In this document: in pieces, positions 45,823 through 57,831 of the stretch
Position numbering within the stretch: the stretch's first letter is position 1
Layout of the letters: each line of letters opens with the position of its first letter
DNA from: an uncultured bacterium
Lineage (GTDB): Bacteria > Margulisbacteria > WOR-1 > CAVSGV01
Length of the DNA: 64,000 nucleotides
NCBI GenBank assembly: GCA_963768305.1
Contig: CAVYHE010000003.1
Coordinates: 1-64,000 of the forward strand
Direction: 5' to 3'
The notes under the pieces: generated by a model
The model's input: the letters and a program-made list of their open reading frames with translations, nothing else
Told to the model about the DNA's origin: nothing
Databases searched by the model: none
Translations under genes and position numbers: made by a program

Positions 45823-48123
45823 GTGGCGAGAAATATAATCCTCGCGGCCTGCCTTCTCTTTTTTTTATGTATCCCGTCGCTTTGTGAGGAAATGCCCGTC
45901 AGGGTAAAAGCCGAAAACCTTGATTTTAACCAGGAAGCCGGGCTTATTACGGCATCAGGGAGCGTTGAGATCCGTTTTGAAGGCATAACCATCGAATCCG
46001 ATTCCGCCAGGATAGACACGAATGCGAATATCGCCACAGCCGAAGGGCATGTGAATATCCATCGTGCCGGTTACAATATCTTATCTTCAGGACTGACATA
46101 CGATATTTCCGGCGAGACTGCGGTCGTCCTGGACCTTAAGACCGTGTTTTACCCCGCAGGGATCAACGCTAACTTTTATGTCGGCGCCGAAAAACTTACG
46201 GACCTGCCCGACAAGAAGATGGGCGAGAACGGCTCCCTTACCACCTGCGATTATGCGAAGCCTCACTATCACGTGAATTGCAGATGGTTCGATTATTATC
46301 CGGATGACAAGCTGGTGGGATACTGGGCTTTATTATATGTGGGCGATGTTCCCACTCCTGTACTCACGCCATATTTTATTTATGATATAAAGAAAAAAAG
46401 GAGCCCATACAGCTTTGTTTACGGGGAGAACGATGTCGAAGGGAAATTCCTGAAGACCTCGTTCGATTATTTCATAAATAACAGCGCGAACGGGGTTTTC
46501 TATTTTGACACGACGCAGATAAAGGGGCCGGGCTACGGGTTTTCCCATGATTATATCTTAAATCCGCAATAATTCTGGCAACCTTTATTATTACTGGATG
46601 AATGAACAGGACACGAAATTGAACGATTACGTGGTCAAAGCTGAACCATGTCATCGACCTGGATAAGTATTCAAAATTGACGCTTACGCATGATTCTGAA
46701 TTCATGTATCAGGTGCCTTCCGGGAGGAAGGACGGGACAAGCTCAACGGTCGGCTATACCATGAACAACGGGTTAGCAAAATCTTGCCGCGAACTACAGC
46801 GCTTCCGAGGACAAATTTACTTTCCAGAATTCGCAGGCGTTCAACATCACCAATAAGATCGGCAGTTACAATACCGGCTTTTCCTGGGATGAAAGCGAAA
46901 GCGAGACCGGGCCGAAATGGAAAAATTCGCACGACCGGTTCTTTCACGAGCAGTCCCTTTTTACCGATGACGCGAAGCTTTCTTTGAACGTGAATTATTC
47001 CAGTTATGCTACGGATGAAGGCGTTCCCGCGGATGAAATACTTAAGCCGACGATCGATCTCACGTATAAAGGGGCTTTCTATTCTTTGAAGGTTACCGAG
47101 GACTGGTATGTGGACCCGGACGGAAATAAATTCACGGATGATAATACTTACAGCTATCTGGAAAAGCTTCCGGAGATCTCTCTGGGCTTTAATCCGATCG
47201 ATCTTAAGTACTGCATTTTGAACCTCGGCCTCGGCGCCGCCAGGTACCATGAAGCGCAGTATATTTCAGCTTATTCCAGGATGAGGAACATGACCGCGAA
47301 CAGATATTCGCTTTTAGCGGGGCTTTCCAGGACGGACAACCTGGGGTTCGGGACATATTTAAGATCAGGCGTCGGCGTCAATCAATACGCCTATGATACG
47401 GGCGACCAGAGATACCAGCTGACGGAATCATTGAACATGGGGACCGATCTGGGGGGATTTTTCAGGAACAGCGCGGACTGGGGAAGGACAAAAGTCGACG
47501 GCAATTCGCCGTTCATCTTTGAAACCCTGGGAAGCGAGTCCGAGTATATAAAAGATAAGATCACCCTTTATTACCAGAACAAGGTGACATTCGATATCTC
47601 CGGAGGGTATAACTACCAGAACAGCACTTATGATGATATCATATCCAACCTGTCCGTTATTCCCAATGAAAAATTATCCTTGAATATGTCGGGCGGCTGG
47701 AGCATTGAGAACCAGATGTACAGGGACCTTTCGGCGGGGCTGACCTTCGCGCCATGGCCGACATTCGTCAATACAGGGAACATAGTATATGACCTTAACA
47801 GCGGGACCATTAATTCCGCGAACACTCTTGTCGACCTGGAAGTGGGGGACACATGGGAGAACAGGTGGCATTTCAAGATGGGGCATGTCTATGATCCTTC
47901 CACGGATACTTTAACCCTTGCGGACCTTGCGATCGTAAAAGATCTTCATTGCTGGGAAGCCGTTTTCACATATAATAATTACTTAAAGGAATACCGGTTC
48001 GGCTTGACGCTGAAGGCTTTCCCGCAGTTTCCGCTGTCTTATGTTTCAAGCCCGAACGGCAGCTATTTCAACAGTTTCATGGATAACATGCATTTTGAGC
48101 AGGAATCGCCGAGGAGAGACTAA
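45823..48123 (+). CDS. LptD-like outer-membrane protein (several frameshifts, about 46560-46990)
   Basis: Signal peptide, OstA-like N-domain, TTCD...PHY motif, barrel ending KDLHCWE. Confidence 0.75.
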
Positions 48124-48803
48124 TGAACAACAAAATAAATTAAATTCGAATTTGCGAAACAATTGCAGTTCATTTCGGATTTAATTTGTCATTTTCACTG
48201 GTTCATTGCCGTGGTATACTTTCCGGCTGCGCGCAAACGGTGACGCCTGTCTTCAAGGCCGGGAAATATATCACGATAGAGATAGATTTCAAGGGAAATA
48301 TCGACACGATCCAGAATAAATATTATATGTTCTTCAATAATAACGCGGCGCCGCAGATCCCGTTCATGCCTATCCAGATGGTCGAGCCGGGCGATACTCC
48401 GTCCCAGCCGGACGTGGATTATTACGGCCAGTATTATTCCACATGGAAAAACTTCATCGTCCTGGACGGCAACGCTTTCTCGCTCGTGAAAGGGCCGTAC
48501 ACTTCCGAAGCGGTGCCCACCAGGGAAGTCCTTGCCACATGGAGCGGCGCAGATTCAAAACAGATACTTATTTCTTTTGACATCAGCAAGCTGGGGGCGC
48601 TTACGGAGAGGCTGAATTTCGATTTCGTCACGGTTGACAAAGCAACCAAACTGGTCGATGATAACTTGTCACCCTTGAACAGTTCTCCATCCACGAATTA
48701 CGTGTATACGATATCCAATTCGATCGCGTCCGGAACCGATGAGGTAACTACCGGAATAAGCTCAAGCGAAGATATCCTGAACTGGAAGGTAATGGTGCAA
48801 TGA
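48123..48803 (+). CDS. Putative lipoprotein (5' frameshifted)
   Basis: Lipobox ILSGC followed by a ~190-aa domain. Confidence 0.6.
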
Positions 48804-50179
48804 ACGATCTAATATTATCGGTCATTTCGGGTTTCCTTTTGATCCTGGCATTCCCGAAATTCGGGCTGTATCCTCTTGCTTACGTTGCGCTTGTTCCGTT
48901 ATTGATATCGATTAAAAGGTCCAGATCGGTAATTCATGCTGCGTTTTTCGGTGCCCTGTTCGGCGTTATATTTTTCGGCGGCGTACTTTTTTGGATGAAC
49001 ACGCTCTCCAGATGGGCCGGGCCTATGGGCGACATTTGCATGGATATCTCTTGCTGTTTTCCAGGCGGTATTTATTGCAATATTTGCCGGAGCATCCAAA
49101 TATCCTTCAAAGTATTCGCATAAACTTCGATATCATTCTTATCCCTTTTTCTGGATAGCCGTTGAATGGATAAGGTCGCTTGGGCCTTTCGGCGTTACCG
49201 GCGGCGGGCTGGGATATTCGCAGGCCGATTTTCTGCCGATCTTGCAGCTTGCAGGTTTCGCGGGTGTTTACGGTATTTCTTTTTTGGTTGTTCTTGTAAA
49301 TGAAGCTGTTGCTGAATTTGTCATGGATAAGAATATCAAGGTTTTAGCTGCAGCTTTACTGATATTGATCATGGTTATCAGCTTCGGGCAATACAAAATA
49401 AACACATTCAAAGATAAAGGCAAAGAAATAAAGATCGCGGTTGTGCAGGGCAATATCCCTCAGGACACAAAAATGGATTTCCGCAGCGTCTATGCGATCG
49501 TAGATGAACATGTAAGATTGAGCAAAAAAGCTCTGGCCGATAAGCCTGAGATCATCATCTGGCCTGAAACGGCTGTCACGACATATCTCTTCGATTCAGC
49601 AAGGATCCATTCGCAGATCGTTGGTTTGGTTGAAAAAAGCCGCGCGTACTATTTGATCGGCACGCCTTACAGGGAAGGGGACAAGATATACAATTCGGTC
49701 GTTGCTTTTTCAAAGAACGGAGAGTTCATCGGCAGATACAACAAGCAAAGGCTCGTTCCGTTCGGGGAATATCTGCCGCTTCGGCCGCTTCTGTATCCTG
49801 ATCCTGAAAAATATGTCACTTTTTGAAAAAGACTATAACTCCGATCAGGATCCGAAAATGATCGATCTCGGCATTGCGAAAGTCGGCGCGGTAATATGCT
49901 TTGAATCCACTTTTCCTTATATGGTCAAGGATAAGATAAAAAAAGGCGCCCAATTCATCCTGGTCGCGACCAATGACGCATGGTTCTTCGATTCAGCGGC
50001 GCCGTATCAGCATATTGAGGCTGCCCGGATGCGCGCGGTAGAGAACGGGGTTTATGTGGTTCAGGCGGCGAACACGGGGATATCCGCCATAATCGATCCT
50101 TTGGGGCGCGTCGTGAAAAGGTCGAATGTCGGGCAGACAGCGGATCCTTTCAGGCGAGATATACGATTCACTGAGCTGA
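48800..50179 (+). CDS. lnt: Apolipoprotein N-acyltransferase (frameshifts)
   Basis: LAFP, EWIRS, VQGNIPQ, WPETA, YNS, K.RLVPFGEY, ICFES, TNDAWF, RAVENG, NTGISA. Confidence 0.92.
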
Positions 50180-51258
50180 TTTGTTCAGGATCCACAATCC
50201 GATGCCGCCGGTTATGATATTCGGCAGCCAGGCGGAGATCATCGGCGATATTATCCTTAATTCTCCGATCGCCATCGTCACAAATGTCAGGAAATAATAG
50301 AAGAACACTATCAGGACCGAAAGCCCGAGGCCTATGGATGAAGAGCTTCTCTGCGGCGACAGCCCGAGCGGAGCTCCAAGAAGGACGAACACAAGGCATG
50401 AGAAAGGTATCGCTCCTTTCAGATAATATTGGATAAGGAGATCTATGGTTTCCTCGTCCCATCTTTTTCTTCAGCGCGATGAACTTCTTCAGTTCGGACA
50501 TGTTCATTTCCTCGGGTTTCCTGTCGCCCATGTAAAAATCCGCGGGAGTGTATTTGATGGTCATGTACTGCTCCTTAAATTTGATCAGATGCTTGTATTC
50601 ACCCGTGTCGGACAAAAGATAAACTATGCCGTCGGAAAAAAGCCACGTGTTCTTGTCTTTGTTCCCATACAGCTTCTTTGGCGTTAGTTATCTCGAAAGC
50701 TTGCCGTCCGTAAATTCCTCCACGACGACATTTTCCATGATGTTCCCGTTGATGCTCCCCGCAAAATACATCCTTTTCAGGACATCATTTTCAACTTCGG
50801 GGATGAGGACGTTCTTCTGTATCTTCGGATTTTTCCTTGCCTGGGATTCCATCATCAGAGTGGTCGCGGCGAGATTTGCCTTCGGAACGATAACTTCATA
50901 GCATAACAGAGTTAATAGGCTTACCGCAAGTCCGAATGCAAGGACCGGAACAATGATCCTGTATAAGCTTATGCCGCCAGCTTTGAAAGCGACTATTTCG
51001 CTTTGCGAAGAAAGTCTTGCGAAAGACAAAAGCGCCGCAAGGAGAGTTGCCATCGGGAAAATATACACGGCCGTGCCCGGAAGCCTGTAGATGAATACCT
51101 GGACGGCGGCCAGCAAAGGCATGCCCCGCACGACCACGGCGCGCACAAGGTCAAAAAGTATCATGCTCGCCGAGAGGATGGCCGTGAACGCGCCCAGCCC
51201 GAAAAGGAACGGGTCAAAAAGTTCCTTGATGATGTATCGGTCGATGTATCTTTATCAT
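50168..51258 (-). CDS. LptF/LptG family permease (frameshifts)
   Basis: IDRYIIKE, SEIVAFKAGGISL, PEEMNMSEL, SAWLPN. Confidence 0.85.
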
Positions 51259-51974
51259 TACATCCTGAATTCTTCGCCGAGGTAAAGCCTTTTTGCGGTT
51301 TCGTCCTTGGCTATGCTGCTGCTTGTGCCCGACAGGAGCACTTTGCCTTTGTGTATTATGTAAGCGCGGTCGGTTATTTCCAGGGTTTCCCTGACATTGT
51401 GGTCCGTGATCAGGACTCCGATGCCTTTTTCCTTCAACATCTTGATTATTTTCTGCAGGTCGAAAACTGTCTTTGGATCCACGCCCGTGAACGGCTCGTC
51501 AAGAAGAAGGAATGACGGATTTGTTGACAAGCGCCCTGGCTATTTCAACTCTCCTGATTTCACCGCCGGAAAGCTCGTAGCATTTCCTCTTTTTTAAGTG
51601 CGTTATGCCCAGCTCCTCAAGTATGGAATCCAGGCTTCTCAGGCTCGGCTTTTTGCGGCGTCAGCTCCCTCAGGACAAGTATGTTCTCCTCCACCGTCAG
51701 TTTCCTGAAGACCGATTGTTCCTGAGGAAGATATCCTATGCCGCTCTGCGCCCTCATGTGCATGGGGATGTTCGTCATGTCCTCGTCCCCCATGAAAACC
51801 TTCCCGGAATTCGGCTTCACTATGCCCGACCACCATATAAAAAGTGGTGGTCTTGCCGGCGCCGTTGGGGCCCAGAAGCCCGACTATCTCTCCCTGGTTA
51901 ACCTCTATCGAAACTTCGTCCACGACCCTTTTACCGTGATATTCCTTCACCAGTTTGTCTGTTTTTATATGCAA
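51258..51974 (-). CDS. lptB: LPS export ABC ATPase (frameshifts)
   Basis: [56 protein letters not shown]. Confidence 0.93.
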
Positions 51975-53001
51975 GTTTCATTCCTCCTATGAATTAGTAA
52001 TTTAATCAGTTCTTCCAGCTTCTTGTAAGCGGCTCCGCTCTCAATGGCCGTCCTTGCTCTCAATATTCCGTCATTCATGTCCTTTGCAATATGCCCGACC
52101 ACGAGCGCTGCAGCGGTATTCAGAAGGACAATGTCCCTTTTCGCGCCGGTTTCCGCGCCTTTCAGGATATCGTTGGTGATCTTGATGTTATCGTTGACTG
52201 GTCCCGCCCAGGATCTCTGCTTTGACATACCTTCTCATCCTGAAATTCTTCGGCTCGATGAAATAATTCTTTATGATGCCGTTCTTAAATGGGAGACTTT
52301 GGTCTTGTCGGATACCGATATCTCATCCAGGCCGTCCATTCCGTGGACCACCATGACTTCTGTCGAGCCCAGATTTTGAAGCGTAGAGCGCCATCAGCTC
52401 GGTTAATCTTCGGGCTGAATACGCCGAGCAATTGATTCTTGGCTCCCGCGGGATTTGTAAGCGGCCCGAGGATATTGAATATCGTCCTTATGCCGATCTC
52501 TTTCCTTGAGGGACCGGCGTATTTCATGGCAGGGTGGAAAGCGGGGGCGTATATGAAACCCATGCCGATCTCGTCAATGCATTTCGCGACCATATTCGGC
52601 GCAAGTTCAATTTTACTCCCATTGCTTCCAGGATGTCCGCGCTGCCGCACTTGCTTGAGACGGAACGGTTGCCGTGCTTTGCTATCTTTGCGCCTGCCGC
52701 TGCGGCGACTATCGCTGAAACCGTTGAGATATTGAAAGTTCCCGAAACATCTCCTCCGGTCCCGCAGGTATCAACAAGGTCTTCGTACTTTGTATGTATC
52801 TTGACCGAATTTTCCCTCATTTTTGAGGCAAAGCCGGTAACTTCATCCGCGCGTTTCGCCCTTGATCCTTAGGGCGGTGATAAGGCAGGCTATCTGGGAT
52901 GGGGTGGCTTCTCCGCCCATTATCTCTCCCATGACTGCGGATGCTTCTTCCAGTGAAAGATCCGATGCCTTCAACGACTTTTTTATCGCGTCTTTTATCA
53001 T
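51965..53001 (-). CDS. trpD: Anthranilate phosphoribosyltransferase (frameshifts)
   Basis: [50 protein letters not shown]. Confidence 0.92.
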
Positions 53002-53248
53002 TTAATGTCCTTTTGTGCCGCATGATGAGCACACTCCGCTGGTAGCAGGAAGAGCATGAGCCGCTGTTTTCCATTCCTTCGTGGCTAAGGGTATCGGATA
53101 TCGAGGAACCTCTCATGAATACATTGAATTTCCTGAATGTGTTGGCGCTCCGGCAAACGGGGCAATTCGGCTGAACGGCCTCGTTCATTCCTTTTTCGAT
53201 CTCAAATATCCCTTCGCAGTCCTTACATATATAATCATAAAATGCCAT
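53002..53248 (-). CDS. FmdB family zinc-ribbon protein
   Basis: MAFYDYICKDC...FE....CPVC, Cys-rich tail (one frameshift). Confidence 0.85.
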
Positions 53249-53353
53249 GAGGACATTATACAATAATAAAACGAACGCAGTGAAAGGCGGAGGCTAAAGG
53301 AAGGTGCTTATTTATGATAAAAAATATGATAGAATACGTTCGAGTTCATAAAA

Positions 53354-55352
53354 ATGTTTAATTTATTTATTTCATTTATTGCTAACGAGGATACTTTATT
53401 CGGCCATCTTTTGGATGTGGCCATGCTGCTTTTCATACTCTACTTATGTTATCTTTTTGCGGAAAAATTCTTCTCCAAATATATCAAGTTCGACTCCTCT
53501 TCCGCGATCGAAAGGTTTGTTTTTCTTGAAGGGTTGGGTTTGGTGCTTTTTTCTTACGTGATCTTTCTGATCGGGATGCTGAAGATCTTGTATAACTGGG
53601 TTTTTGTCCTGCTTATTTTAATGGTCTTTCTCCTTGTTCTGGACAGGATAGCGGACAATATTAAATGCGCTAAAACGGTCGTTCGCCGAAAAGATCGGAT
53701 CCCTTCATCTGTCCAGGCTTGAGTCCGTTCTTCTTTCATTATGGGCGGTATATTTGTTCTTCTTTTATATCATTGAGAATTTTCTGGGCGGCCATTATAT
53801 CTGGGACGATCTTTTGTATCATTTTGCCGTGCCCAAGCTTTACATTGAACATCATCAAATATACAACAACCCCCTCAATATGCGAAGCTACTGGATCATG
53901 GCGCTGCATATGTTCTATTTGTTCGGTCTCACCATAAGGGGCGTGATCCTGGCAAGAGGTTTTCAGATTTCTTTTGCATTTCTTACAGCGCTGGCATTAT
54001 ATTCGTTTTCCAGGCGTCACTTCCCCCGCTGGGTCGCCTTACTGGCAAGTTTGGCGTTCATTGCAGATCCTTCCATTATGCCTGTATCTACGGTCTTTGT
54101 TGAAATCGGTTCGGGCTTTTTTGAATTTTTGGCTTTGTATGCTTTCATACTGTGGGCAGAGGAAAAAAAGGATAACTGGCTTGTCCTCTCCGGCATTTTC
54201 TGCGGAATGGCCATTGGGATGAAGTATACCGGCGCCTTTTGTTTTATTGCCGTTTTTCTGCTGATACTGTTATACTGGTACAGGAACAGAGCCTCCATTC
54301 CTTTGATAGAAATCTCCAAGAAGGTCATCTTCTTCTCTTTTGTCGCGTTCCTGGTCTCATTTATCTGGTATTTGAGGAATTATATCTATTGCGGCAATCC
54401 TGTATTCCCTTTCCTTAATAATTTTTTTAAAAGTCCTTACTGGTTCCAGCATTTTGAGACCGCGGATTATACCGGATTTACCATGGGTTATAGTCCCATA
54501 AAACTCCTGCTGTTGCCCTGGAATGTTTACATTTTTAACCCTCTATTCGGACATTCTTTGAAAGGTATAGTATTTATCACATTCCTTCCCTTGCTTTTTC
54601 TCCTGCCTTTTGTGAAAAAGGACAGGTTCCCTTCCGCGGTCCAGTACCTCATGGGCTATTTCTTTATCCGCTTTTTTATTTTTGCATTTTCCACTCATTA
54701 CTCAAGATATTTTTTGCCTGTATATGCCGAGCTTGCCGTCCTATTCGCCTACACCATATATGAGCTGTCCCGTCTCCTGCCGGGATATTCCTCAAAAGTA
54801 TTGACGGGGATTGCCGTCCTGATGGTGACGTTAAATCCCTTTTTATGTATATTTTCCAGAGGCTATGGTTTTCCCGGCGTTCCGATCCAGATCTCAGCCC
54901 AGGCCAATGAAATAGGGACAAGCTTGAGACAGTCTCTAGGCCTTTTGACGGAAACGCAGCTTTATTTGAACTATCCCGAGGATACATATTCGGGAGGATT
55001 CGCCGCAGCCCGATATGTTAACAGCCAATTGCCAAAGAATTCAAAAATATTCCTTATGTGGACCGAATTCGGTTTTTGGTATGACGGGGATTATATATAT
55101 GATTGCGACTATTTACCGGAGCAAGGGATCCAGGTCAGGAATACTTTTTACCGCAGTTTTTATCCCGATATCTGGACCGAGAATTTTTACCGGCTCCTAA
55201 AACAGCTTAAGATCACCCATGTAGTCTTTAATTTCCGCAGCCCGGCAACAGAACACATTAACATTAAACCCCAGGAGTTCTTTGCTTTTCAAGCAAAACA
55301 TTTAAAAATGATCTTTAACTACCGGAATGTGGAAGTGTATGAACTTTTATAA
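53354..55352 (+). CDS. Polytopic membrane glycosyltransferase-like protein, GT-C/PMT-like (frameshift near 53700-53750)
   Basis: WDDLLYHF..PK, G.AIGMKY, WYLRNYIYCGNPVFP, RYFLP; many TM helices. Confidence 0.7.
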
Positions 55353-55369
55353 GAGGCAAATAAAATATC

Positions 55370-56813
55370 ATGTTAAATAAGCGTTTGAGCATATTATTTT
55401 TCAGTTGTCTGGTCTTCCTGTTCTGCTTTGCCGATAGATCAATTGCTGATGTTACATATGATCCAAAACCGACGAGCTTTTACTACCAAAAAATAGACAA
55501 AATGAACAGGCAATATGGGTCCCATTTGACTATTGATGCCTGTATCGATGAAGCAAAGATCTATACCTGGAACCTGGACCGGCCGATGAAAGGGCTGGAC
55601 CTGCTCATGAAAGCTTACAATATGGACCCTACAAATATTAATACAATGTACGAATTGGGATGTTTTTATGCTTTTAAGGTCAATGACGCCGAGAAGGCCG
55701 ACGAACTATTCAGGAAAGTTCTGAAGGTCTCTCCTTTTCATGAGCACGCCTATATTAACCTTGGTTTTAATATGTACTGGAACATGGATGACCATAAAAA
55801 AGGGATTAAGATATTAAGGGACATGATATCGATAGCCCCCTATAATGCGGATGCGCACCATGTGCTGGCGGATTGCCTATATGATCAAAAAGATTATAAC
55901 GGGGCCATTAAAGAATACAAAACAGCGTTAGGTTTGGAGCCTACTAATACGAATTACGTGATCGCGCTGGCCAAGGTCTATGCTTATGGACTTAAAGATC
56001 CCGGGAGGGCCATCGAAATGCTTGACAAGTATCCTCTAAAGCCCGAGTTCGTGCTTGTCTTCAAAGAACTCGGGAACATATATAAATGAAGAAAAACAAT
56101 ATAAAAAAGCGATGGATGAATACGAAACGGTCATGAAGCTTGTTCCGGGCGATGTATATTTTCTCAAAGATATTGGATATGTTTATAGGGATCCCTTCAA
56201 AGAATATGACCTGTCCGAGGAAATGCATAATCGGGCATATATCGCTGCCTGGAAAAAGCTTAAAAGCGACCCTTATAATTCTACTCTGCGGTTCTGTCTT
56301 GCCAATCTGTATACGTATTCTGTCTCTAACAAATTTCATGATTACCCCAAGGCGGTCGAACAATTTAACGAGATCTTAAAGAGGGACGATAAAAATGACG
56401 CAGCTTATTTCTACCTGGCAGACTTGGAATTTCAGTATATTTTAAGATGGGGCTATCCGAGAAGCGAGATCCTGAAAGGATTATCCAGGATGACCTTTTA
56501 CTGCAAAAAAGCGCTGGAACTTAATCCGTACAATTTTAGAGCAGCCCAGGGATTATGCAGGACCTATATTAATTACAATGAAAACAAAAAAGATGCCATC
56601 AAATGGGTAAAGAATGCCCAAAGACGCAGGTGGCATGACTGGGTGTTCATAGAAGCCTACTCTTTCCTTCTTGCGGATGTGATAACAAAGCTCTCGCTGT
56701 TCATTGGATTAGGCTTGCTAATATTTTTCAAGCTTTTTTCGCGATCCGACGATCACATGAGATACATTGTCCTCTTGAACGTTATTTTATGGCTGTCTCA
56801 TTATACTCATTAA
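55370..56813 (+). CDS. Exported TPR protein with C-terminal TM segments (frameshift near 56085)
   Basis: Signal peptide, TPR units, hydrophobic tail. Confidence 0.7.
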
Positions 56814-56933
56814 TTTTTGCCCGTATATGTTCGTGGGTTTTACCAAATTTCTTTATATGTCCCAGTTCAACATTTTCTGAACAGGACTTAAAATATTTGA
56901 AGCACTAATGTGGGTGTGTTAGAATCAACCCGC

Positions 56934-57830
56934 ATGTATTTCCAGGACATCATCGCGAAACTTTCGAATTTCTGGTCAAAACAGGGCTGTGTCATCCAGC
57001 AGCCGTATGACATGGAAAAAGGCGCCGGCACAATGAGCCCGCCCACTTTCTTCAGAGTCCTCGGTCCCGAACCGTGGAACGTCGCGTACGTTGACCCGGT
57101 GAGAAGGCCGACGGACGGCAGATACGGAGAGAACCCCAACCGATTATTCCATTATTATCAGTTCCAGGTGATCATGAAACCCTCGCCCTTGAATATCCAG
57201 GATATCTATCTCGACAGCTTACGCGCTTTGAAGATCGATCCGGCAAAATACGATGTCAGGTTCGTGGAGGATAACTGGGAATCGCCGACTCTGGGAGCAT
57301 GGGGGGTAGGGTGGGAAGTGTGGCTTGCCGGGATGGAGATAACGCAATTCACGTATTTCCAGCAGTGCGGCGGGTTTGACGTAAATCCGGTAAGCGTTGA
57401 GATCACATACGGGCTGGAGAGGATCGCCGCATTTTCGCAGAAAGTCGACAGTGTTTACGACGTGGAATGGGCGAAGGGGATCAAATACGGCGATATCCAT
57501 AAAATGTCCGAGATAGAGCACAGCAAATATAATTTCGAGCTCGGCGACACGAAGATCATCAACGGACTTTTCGATCTTTATCAGCAGGAAGCGGTCAATA
57601 TCATAAAAGCCGGGCTTGTGCTTCCCGCGTTCGATTATGTCCTTAAATGCTCGCACGCTTTCAATCTTCTGGATTCGCGCGGCGCGATAAGCGTGACGGA
57701 GAGGACCGCTTATATCGGAAAGATCAGGCGGCTGGCCCGGGATTGCGCGAAATTATACGTCGAGCAGAGAGAAAAGCTCGGATATCCTCTGATAAAAAGT
57801 CATGAGTTAAAAGTTAAGAGTGAAAAGTAA
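56934..57830 (+). CDS. glyQ: Glycine--tRNA ligase alpha subunit
   Basis: [41 protein letters not shown]. Confidence 0.97.
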   Translation: MYFQDIIAKLSNFWSKQGCVIQQPYDMEKGAGTMSPPTFFRVLGPEPWNVAYVDPVRRPTDGRYGENPNRLFHYYQFQVIMKPSPLNIQDIYLDSLRALKIDPAKYDVRFVEDNWESPTLGAWGVGWEVWLAGMEITQFTYFQQCGGFDVNPVSVEITYGLERIAAFSQKVDSVYDVEWAKGIKYGDIHKMSEIEHSKYNFELGDTKIINGLFDLYQQEAVNIIKAGLVLPAFDYVLKCSHAFNLLDSRGAISVTERTAYIGKIRRLARDCAKLYVEQREKLGYPLIKSHELKVKSEK

Positions 57831-57831
57831 A

